DNA of 64,000 nt from Octopus vulgaris (taxonomy: Eukaryota): contig OX597818.1 of NCBI GenBank assembly GCA_951406725.2, positions 116,932,001 to 116,996,000 on the forward strand, in the 5' to 3' direction. Under the pieces are notes generated by a model. That model saw nothing but the letters and a program-made list of their open reading frames with translations. It was not told the DNA's origin and searched no databases. A program made the translations under genes and the position numbers. Below are positions 54,800-64,000 of this stretch, piece after piece; positions within the stretch are counted from its first letter, which is position 1; every line of letters begins with the position of its first letter.

Positions 54800-55191
54800 G
54801 TCTTGTCTCTCTTTTAATTGTTTCAGTCATTTCACTGCGGCCATGATGGAGCACCGCTTTTGTCGAGCAAATCGACCCCAGGATATATTCTTTGGAAGCC
54901 TAGTACTTATTCTATCGGTCTCTTTTGCCGAACCGCTAAGTTACGGGGACGTAAACACACCAGCATCTCGTTGTCAAGCGATGTTGAGGGGACAAACACA
55001 GACACAAAAACATATACACACCTACACACATATATATACATATATACGACGGGCTTCTTTCAGTTTCCGTCTACCAAATCCACTCACAAGGCTTTGGTCG
55101 GCCCGAGGCTATGGTAGAAAACACTTGCCCAAGGTGCCACGCATTGGGAATGAACCCAGAACCTATATGGTTGGTAGCCACTCCTACGCCT
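54800..55191 (-). mobile_element. SINE family D, full
   Basis: Reverse complement of 19768-20190. Confidence 0.88.
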
Positions 55192-55375
55192 ACGATAAAA
55201 TGAAGTACGAGTCTAAGGCTTGATCGATTTAGTAGACAAACAGTTTCTCACAAATTTCTGGCTCCGTGCCTATACGAGAACAAATTCCTTGTTTCTCATG
55301 AGATGATGTGGAATGTGCCAATGGAAATGATAATAAACAGTCAATTATAATTTTCTTACTATGTAATACGATGAT

Positions 55376-55625
55376 GTGGAGGCGCGTGGCTTAGTGGTTA
55401 GGGTGTCAGCACCATGATCGTAATATTGTGGTTTCAATTCCTTGACTGGGCGACGTGTTGTGTTCTTGAGCAAAACACTCCATTTCCCGTTGCTCCAGTC
55501 CACTCAGCTGGCAAAAATGAGTAACGCTGTTATGGACTGGCGTCCCGTCCAGCTGGAGAACACATACGCCATATAAACAAGGAAACCGGGCCCATGAGCC
55601 TGGCTAGGTTTTAAAAGGGTGCATT
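55376..55625 (+). mobile_element. SINE family C
   Basis: Matches 4272-4522. Confidence 0.87.
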
Positions 55626-55904
55626 GATCATTTTTTAATACGATGATGGTCTTGATAGTGGTTATGTTGATGAGAACAACGTTGGTGGTTATAATAATTT
55701 CGATGAAGATTACACGAAAATATGGAAAGACTAAGCAAATGAGAAAGATGAAGATCACTTTTGTCTGATACCGATGTTAATGACGTTGCGTTTGTAGAAG
55801 TAAGGTCTATTTCGAAAGTGAAATGATTTAATATATAATTCCTTTGTGCCAGCAAATGAAGAGGAATATTTAACGGCACAGAGCCGGGAGAATGAAGAGG
55901 ACTC

Positions 55905-56103
55905 CAGCTGATCCGATCAGCTTGTGAAATGAACGTGCAAGGAGCTGAGCACTCAACAGACACGCGTACCTTTAGTATAGTTCTCGGGAATAGTCAACCT
56001 GAATGTGACAAGATTGGCCCGTTGAATTACAGCCACAACACAATTTTTTTGCAAGTTGAGTGGACTGGAGTAACGTGAAATAAATTACATTCTCAAGGAC
56101 ACC
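55905..56103 (-). mobile_element. chimeric SINE: family C central domain plus family A 3' region
   Basis: Minus strand ttcacgttactccagtccactcaac, followed by acgcgtgtctgttgagtgctcagc. Confidence 0.65.
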
Positions 56104-56281
56104 AATACTCCAAACCGACTAAACCGTACACCTTCACTAACAGAATAGGACTATTATATAAACGATTGAGATGATTTACTCATGTTTAGTTGCTAATCTT
56201 TATCCGCTTAGAGGGTTTCTATTATTTAATCTTACGCTTAAGAAAATAAAGAACGTGTAGTGGCTAGCGAGCTATCATGGC

Positions 56282-56326
<45 letters not shown>

Positions 56327-56534
56327 TTTGTTCTACCATTTACAATTTTACATTAATCAGAAGGATTTTTGTATCCAACCATGGCTTAGTTGGACGAAAC
56401 CTCAGAGTCTCTCAATGATTTTCTTTCAATGTTTCACCAAAAATGACAATTGCCACATTGCTAGAAATTGAAGCTAAACCGCCCTAATTCTGTAGTTAAC
56501 ACACCTGATTGAAAACATATACAATAACAAAGGA

Positions 56535-57045
56535 CATAATCATCCGAAATGTGCCGATCGAGAATGCTTAATACTGACGCATCAGTTTCGGCACTTTTCG
56601 GACGGTTATGGCTCTAGTCAGTGTAAATGTTTTCATTCCTGTGTGTTAACTACATCATTAGAGCGTTTTAGCTCTCATTTCTAGCTATGTAGGTTGCTTT
56701 CTAACACCCTAGTCGCATTTAGTGACATTTGTAATTTTCGTTTTTACTGAAACATTTTAAACTGTTTTTCATATTAATTTTATATATACACATTAGCGAA
56801 TCACTAAATTATCGAAGTATTTTGATGACGGAAACATATATATTAATGGCGATGCGAGTCCGGAAAGTACCGAAGACGAACTGATGAGGCGACGGAAACT
56901 GCTGAAACCGACGCATCAGGACGATTATGGTCCCAGTTAGTGCATATGTATTCATTCATGTGCGTTACCTACAGTATTAGAGCGTTTTAGTTCTTATTTC
57001 TAGAAATGTAGGTGTTTTCTAACTCCCTAGTCGTATTAGTGATAT
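56535..57045 (+). mobile_element. family H PLE-type element, tandem direct copies with a degenerate HHR
   Basis: 56598-56727 is repeated at 56919-57043. CTGATGA-ggc..gct-GAAA-CCGACGCATCAG at 56881-56919. Matches 48072-48224. Confidence 0.72.
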
Positions 57046-57338
57046 ATATATATATATATATATATAGGGGTTTGTATGATTGTGTATAGAGGGATATATA
57101 TTATTCAAAGGAATTCCAACTCTGTCTGTTTTTTATGTTTTATTTATATTCTTTATAATATTAATGTAGAATATAGAATATATAGTATAAATAGTATATA
57201 TAGTAAAATGAAATGAATTATTGATTGTCTTATTGAATAGATGAAATATTGAATATAAAATATTAGGGGACTAGTATACTTTCTTGCACCAAAGCAGTCT
57301 TCAATGTTCCAGGTTGTGACAGGTTTCAACTGTGTTTC

Positions 57339-57396
<58 letters not shown>

Positions 57397-57889
57397 TTAT
57401 TTACGTACATATATATATACACATACATACATACATACATACATACATACATACACACATGCATACAGGCATACATACATATAATTGTCTTACAGCGTCT
57501 GGTAAATTGACACTATCATTATTTGTGGTACCCTGCTATTACTGTAGCTTTAAATAAAGTCACAACGGATTTTCACTCTTCATCGCGTTGTGATCGAATT
57601 TAATTATTGTTTCAAGCTAATAACACCTCAGTTCTAATAAGAACGCGTATGCGTTCGGTTTTACAGTTTCATCCAACTTTGAACTGCAGGCAATAGCTTT
57701 GATGATAAGTTCGGAATTCTTAAGCATATATTCTTCTTTGAAGAATCGTTATAGTTCACTGTACCGAGCAATTCAATTTAACCTATAAACTGTTTGGCAT
57801 TTAATTTTACCTATCCTGGAAGAGTTAAATACAAAATTGACCATTGTGGGTTTTTTTAACCCAGAGCAATATAATATAATATAATACAT

Positions 57890-58192
57890 ATTTGTTCCTT
57901 CTCGAACCATGCCTGGCTCATTAGGGCCGGTTTCCCGGTTTCCTTGGCCTGTAGGTTCCCCACCAGGACGGGAGGCCGGTCTGTCGCAGGTGAGCTGCAT
58001 GATGCAGGAGGAAAGAGTGAGCGAAAGTTGTGGCGAAAGAGTCAGCAGAAGTTCGCCATTACCTTCTGCCGGAGCCGCGTGAAGCTTAGGTGTTTTTGCT
58101 CATAATCACACACATCACCCGGTCTGATATTCTAATCCGCAATCCCTCAACCGCGAGTCCGCTGCTCTAACTACTAGGCCATGTGCCTCCAC
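57890..58192 (-). mobile_element. SINE with family A head and family C-like tail
   Basis: Head tggaggcacatggcctagtagttagagcagcggactcgcgg; tail gaaaccgggaaaccggccctaatgagcc. Confidence 0.75.
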
Positions 58193-58790
58193 TGTAATAT
58201 AATATAATATAATATAATATAATATAATATAAAAGGTCTTAAGATATATTACTTGGACCGGCTTTCTAAAACCTTGACACTCTCACTGCCTAATTTCCTT
58301 ACGTCTTTACTCGTTTGCTACGTTACTTGAGCCTTTGACTTGTGGTAGAGTCACAGGAGCTCATCTATGAGATAAGTCTTCACCAGTAATTGCATAGATA
58401 ACCTTGAATATAAAATTGCTTATGATTTGTCACTTCTTCGTCTATCTTTTCTTCTGTCTCCATTTTTCTTCAAACAAAGTGCTACAAAGTATGGCCCATG
58501 CAAGGTAAATACATCTTGTCATAGATAAAAACAAAAGCAGCCATTTTTTTCTCACTGTTTTTACAAGATGACTCATATTCGACTTCTTTTAGTTTTAGTG
58601 CTTGCGTTTGCAAGTATGATATTGTGAAATTAATGAGCATGCGCAGAAGATACACATTTTGTCCTGAATTCATTGCTACGCAAATATTAGATTAACTACC
58701 TTCAATTTCTTTCTCTTTCTGGGATTTCATTTTTCTAACATACACCCCCACACGCCTATTAGAAGAAAGCTACACGCATGCATATATGCT

Positions 58791-58850
<60 letters not shown>

Positions 58851-58947
58851 TATACATATATATATCTGTATATATATATACATATTTATGCATATATACA
58901 TGTGTATATATATGTGTATATATACATATATATATTTATATGCATAG

Positions 58948-59009
<62 letters not shown>

Positions 59010-59894
59010 ATTTATATATATATATATATGTATGTATTATACACACATGGGCACAAACATGCGCAGTTAAATACACAATAATAAACATAAACATCCCTAT
59101 ATTTGTGTGTGTATATATGTTTTTGTGTATTGTGCGTATGATGTGTATAGAAGTTTCTGCTCCTCATGTGCATGTGTGAGTGTGTATGTACTCTCTCTCC
59201 TGTATTAAATAAATATGACTACTAAATTTCTGGTTTTGTAATATTGTGTCTATTTTTAACACTGTTTTGTCATATTTTTACCATCGTTATCAGATCATTA
59301 TGCCGTGTGATGTAACTTTTGTGCACAAGAAACAAGAAAAAAAAAAAGCACTCGACATAGAATAATAACTAATTTCTTTCCCTTATTAATTCCTTTCTAC
59401 GTACATCCAATTCTATCTGGATTTTATTTATTTATTTATTTTTTTTTATTTATCTATTTATTCATTTATTTATTTATTTTGCTTTCATTGTTTTCACTCG
59501 TTCAATCACATATATTCAAAGCTTCCTACTTTCTGCCATATTGTTTAATACTTATAACAGTTTCTTATTTCTTTCCTCTACGTTCCCCTGAGTTATTATT
59601 AGATTTTATACACACACACACACGCACACACTACACATACACACATATTCAAATACATGCCCACATACACATATATATCCATTATTGATTTTGTATTATC
59701 TTTATGGTTCTAGGTTTACGAATTTAACATTATACTCACTGAGGAACGAATGTATTTAAGTTGCATTATTAGCTCAAAAAGTGTTAATGATAACAGGTCT
59801 CACTAGCACAACTGCAAGGAATTATGTGGAAAACTTTTACTCGCCTTTCTACTGCGTATTTCTTATAGTTATACGTAAAATATCAATCTATCTA

Positions 59895-59955
<61 letters not shown>

Positions 59956-59973
59956 ATATCTATCTATCTATCT

Positions 59974-60028
<55 letters not shown>

Positions 60029-60034
60029 TGTCTG

Positions 60035-60107
<73 letters not shown>

Positions 60108-60117
60108 ACACACACAT

Positions 60118-60579
60118 ATATAAGAGACAGTGTACATTTAAGCACATTAAGAGCTTTCCAACATAGGACTCCTTTACGCTAGAAAGTACAGCTAAAGACC
60201 AAACCACTAATTAGGAATAAATTTTCGAAGGGAATGAAAAATAAAAAAAACATTTACCATCTCTTTCCTGGACCATGGTTTCTGACTTATTCTAGCAAAT
60301 AGAATAATAACTAGAATAACTATAATTACTAGAATAAGTCAGGAACCATGGTCCAGGAAAGAGATAGTAAATGTTTTTATTTTTCATTCTCTTCGACAAT
60401 TTATCCCTAATTAGTAGTTTGGATTTTAGCTGTTCTTTCTAGCGTAAAGGATTCATATGATGGAAACATCTTAATGTGTTTAAATGTACACTGTGTCTTA
60501 TATGAATAATATATAGTCTATTGACAAATTTTTTCCATACGCTAGGCCACTGGTAGTAAAAATGTCTAAAATGTCTAAA

Positions 60580-60580
<1 letters not shown>
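60118..60580 (+). mobile_element. fold-back PLE-type element (about 177-bp arms) retaining the HHR 3' half
   Basis: Arms 60118-60295 and 60329-60503; GAAA-CCATGG-TC on the minus arm; tail motif shared with 14750-14780. Confidence 0.82.
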
Positions 60581-60644
<64 letters not shown>

Positions 60645-60648
<4 letters not shown>

Positions 60649-61069
60649 TAGTTGTATTTTTATAGCGTGCTTTCACTTCACTACCGAGCGCAGCTCTGTG
60701 TGCCTTGGGTATGTGCTGTGATTTGTTGTGATGCTCTGATGGTTATTGTATGGAAAGTGTTCTGCGTAGGATGTGTGCAGTGCCTAGTAGTGCAATTTTC
60801 TGTATGTTATATGTGTTTGTAAGTCCTGGTGTTTTTGTTATGTATTTGTCTGAATATTTTTTTATCATGCCTAATGCACCTACTATGATAGGAATTGTTT
60901 CTGTTTTCAGGTTCCACATTCTAGTTACCTCTATTTCCAGGTCTTTGTATTTTGAGAGTATCTCCATTTCTTTTAGAGACACGTTGTCATCTGCCGGTAT
61001 TGATACATCAATTAGAAAACATTTTTTTTCTTCATGATCTCTGACAACTATATCTGGTCTGTTGGCCTT
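60645..61069 (-). mobile_element. R4/Dong-clade non-LTR retrotransposon 3' end (restriction-like endonuclease) within (TTA)n
   Basis: ANRPDIVVRDHEEKKCFLIDVSIP..KYKDL..IPIIVGALG..IQKIALLGTAHILRRTL* (PD-D motif); (TTA)n at 60581-60644 and 61070-61133. Confidence 0.88.
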
Positions 61070-61070
61070 A

Positions 61071-61133
<63 letters not shown>

Positions 61134-61295
61134 GCGCAGCAGTGGCTGTATTGTTGTAAGAAGCTTACTTACAAACCACATGGTTCCGGATTCTCTCCCA
61201 CTGCGTGACACATTCAGCAAGTGGATTCTATTACAGCTTCGGGCCGATCAAAGCCTTGTGACTGGATTTGGTTGACGGAAACTGAAAGAAGACTG

Positions 61296-61339
<44 letters not shown>

Positions 61340-62040
61340 TTATATATACGTATGTATGTATGTATGTATGTATGTATGTGTGTATGTATGTATGTATATA
61401 TATGTATGTATTATAATGATTATATACATAATTATAACAAGGGATTAGCATTATGCCTCTCCACGCGCTGAAAATGTACGCCAAATGACGCCAACACCAC
61501 CTTAAACAACTCCCCAAAGACAGGCTGGCCTCCTGATGAATTCATTACTGATTTTATCCTTTATTATATTATAATTTATAAATATATATATATATATATA
61601 TAATACAAAATGGGACAAGAAAGCAAAACATCCGGACGGTTAAGTGATACAAAAAGTGGCAACAAAACATCCACATAGACGATACAAAGAAAATAAGGAC
61701 GGGTCATTCGAAGTTTTCCTTCCTCAATCAAGTACCAGATTATCTTCGCAATTTCGGCTGGGCTCTCTCTCTTCTCTCTCTCTCTCTCTCTCTCTCTATT
61801 TCTCTCTCTCTCTATATATATATATATGTTTGTATGTCTCTGACTATGTTTGTCGCCATCACCGCTTGCCAACCAGTGCTGGTGTGTTTACTTTCCCTTA
61901 ACTTAGCGCTTCGGCAAAAGACCCTATAAAATAAGTACGAAGCTTATAAAAACACAATTGCTGGGATCGAGTCACTCGACATAAAATTCTTGAAGGCGGT
62001 GCACCAGCATGGCCACAGTCTAATGATTGAAACAAGAAAA
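61134..62040 (+). mobile_element. SINE family D with nested insertions in its microsatellite
   Basis: 5' half 61134-61297, 3' half 61845-62040, family G fragment 61606-61761 inside. Confidence 0.78.
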
Positions 62041-62649
62041 AGCTGAAAGGTATGACTTTCGAAATCCACGGTAATTTTCATTCACGCGAAAGAAGATATC
62101 GATCCGACTCTCCTAGACTTGTTTAGTTAAATAATCTTAATTTAAAATTGATCTGCCGTATGACGCCAAATGCCTGTTTTTTAAACCTGATTTAACCTGA
62201 TGCCCTCGATATAAACTAGTTCCACAACACATGTGAAGGAGACACACAGGTATTTGCTTTATTAAGGAGATCTGATGACACAGAAGTATGTCAGCTCCTT
62301 ATGCTCTCATTTCTCGTAAGAAGGAAGTACTACATATTTTCACAGAATCTGTCTTCATTGAAATCATTTCCTTTTTTTCAATAAAAGTCCCGAACGAGAT
62401 CATCCACGCTTCGTTCCTGTTACTCCAAGACAAAGAAAATTTCGCATAATTACTAATACTTTTCTGAATATCTTTCAATACAGACTTAGATACTGGTATT
62501 TGAGTGAAGGCACCGTCGCTTATAGCATTTTATCATACAATAAAATTAATTTCTCTTATTATTCCGATAAATCCTATTTTATAAATGAGTTAATTCGCTG
62601 TTTTATATACACATATATATATATTTTTACATACATATATATCTATGTA

Positions 62650-62681
<32 letters not shown>

Positions 62682-62684
62682 CAT

Positions 62685-62750
<66 letters not shown>

Positions 62751-62821
62751 GTGCATATGTATGTATATATAAATGTATAAATATATGGTTGCAAATATAT
62801 ATGTGTGTATGTGTGTGCGTA

Positions 62822-62903
<82 letters not shown>

Positions 62904-63231
62904 CATCGACAAGTATCTTTGTTTTTGTGTTCCTCTTTTTCTTTCTTTTCTCAGCTCGTCGTCTATCTGTCAGTGAAATTGACAACTTCTTGTCAGTATT
63001 CTTTTTTTTCTTTTCCCAGTTCTCAGTTTATCAGACACAATAGATAACGCTTGAAACCAGAAGTTCCTGTTTATCGAGAGAGATAAAGATAGAGACAGAG
63101 ATAGAGAGGCAGAGAGAGGGAGAATTGGAAGAATTTTAAAATACAGATAAGTGTATTTACCATAAGAATCTAAAATATTTCGAAGCCGGGTGACTTCGAA
63201 GTTGTTTTGACATTAGTATATAGAGGAGAAT

Positions 63232-63613
63232 GTGGAGGCGCAATGGCCCAGTGGTTAGGGCAGCGGTTTCGCGGTCATAGGATCGCGGTTTCGATTCCCA
63301 GACCGGGCGTTGTGAGTGTTTATTGAGCGGAAACACCTAAAGCTCCACGAGCCTCCGGCAGGGATGTTGGTGATCCCTGCTGTACTCTTTCACCACAACT
63401 TTCTCTCACTCTTACTTCCTGTTTCTGTTGTACCTGTATTTCAAAGGGCCGGCCTTGTCACTCTCTGTGTTACGCTGAATATCCCCGAGACTACGTTAAG
63501 GGTACACGTGTCTGTGGAATGCTCAGCCACTTACACGTTAATTTCACGAGCAGGCTGTTCCGTTGATCGGATCAACCGGAACCCTCGTCGTCGTAACCGA
63601 CGGAGTGCTTCCA
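63232..63613 (+). mobile_element. SINE family A, full length
   Basis: A and B boxes; near-perfect TSD atagaggagaatg / atagaggaaaatg. Confidence 0.92.
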
Positions 63614-64000
63614 TCCATAGAGGAAAATGATTAAAATTTCAAGTACTCGGCCAAACTTGTAGATCGAACGTGTTCATAATATTATAATGCTTTTATATAA
63701 CAAATGAACAGCAGTTTCTAAAACACCTCTATAAAATTACAATAACTCGACACAGCCGTCAAAATGGATTACATACCTATAAACATAGATAATATTGCTA
63801 AAATTGGAACTGTGTTTGAGAAATACTCGAACGCTCTGAAATGTATCTACGCTACTGTTAAGAAAAGAAAAAACAATCAATGACAACGAACGAATAAAAA
63901 TAAGTGTATTCCTGTAAGGAATTGTGCCAAATTTTAGCATTGAAAGCTACACCAGGCCAGAACGGGACGACACTGCATAGTGCCAAAGATCCTAGCAATG

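Noticed and set aside
58260-58740. Protein-like minus-strand ORF (LKEVEYESSCK..AFVFIYDKMYLPCMG)
   Set aside because: It is flanked by in-frame stops, with no family recognised and no clear splice sites.

Overview
This is AT-rich eukaryotic non-genic (intergenic or intronic) DNA full of microsatellites: (TA)n, (CA)n, (ACAT)n, (AAT)n and (TATC)n. The SINE families and composition suggest an octopus or other coleoid cephalopod genome (inference). I found no intact host gene, and almost all ORFs in the track are microsatellite or SINE artefacts. Recognisable content includes four tRNA-derived SINE families in many copies, decayed Tc1/mariner elements (mariner, DD37D/maT and one more), a decayed Penelope-like (PLE) reverse transcriptase ORF, RTE and R4/Dong LINE fragments, and a Helitron Rep fossil. 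The most striking signal is a dense population of about 15 minimal type I hammerhead-ribozyme (HHR) motifs of several sequence families, most with palindromic stem III. Most lie inside short inverted-repeat (fold-back) elements inserted in microsatellites, several share a conserved downstream motif, and two follow the C-terminus of a GIY-YIG endonuclease, which ties them to PLEs. One family appears to join a tRNA-like B-box head to the ribozyme tail. A decayed Ly6/three-finger-like pseudogene candidate is also visible. All alignments and folds were done by eye, so boundaries are approximate.
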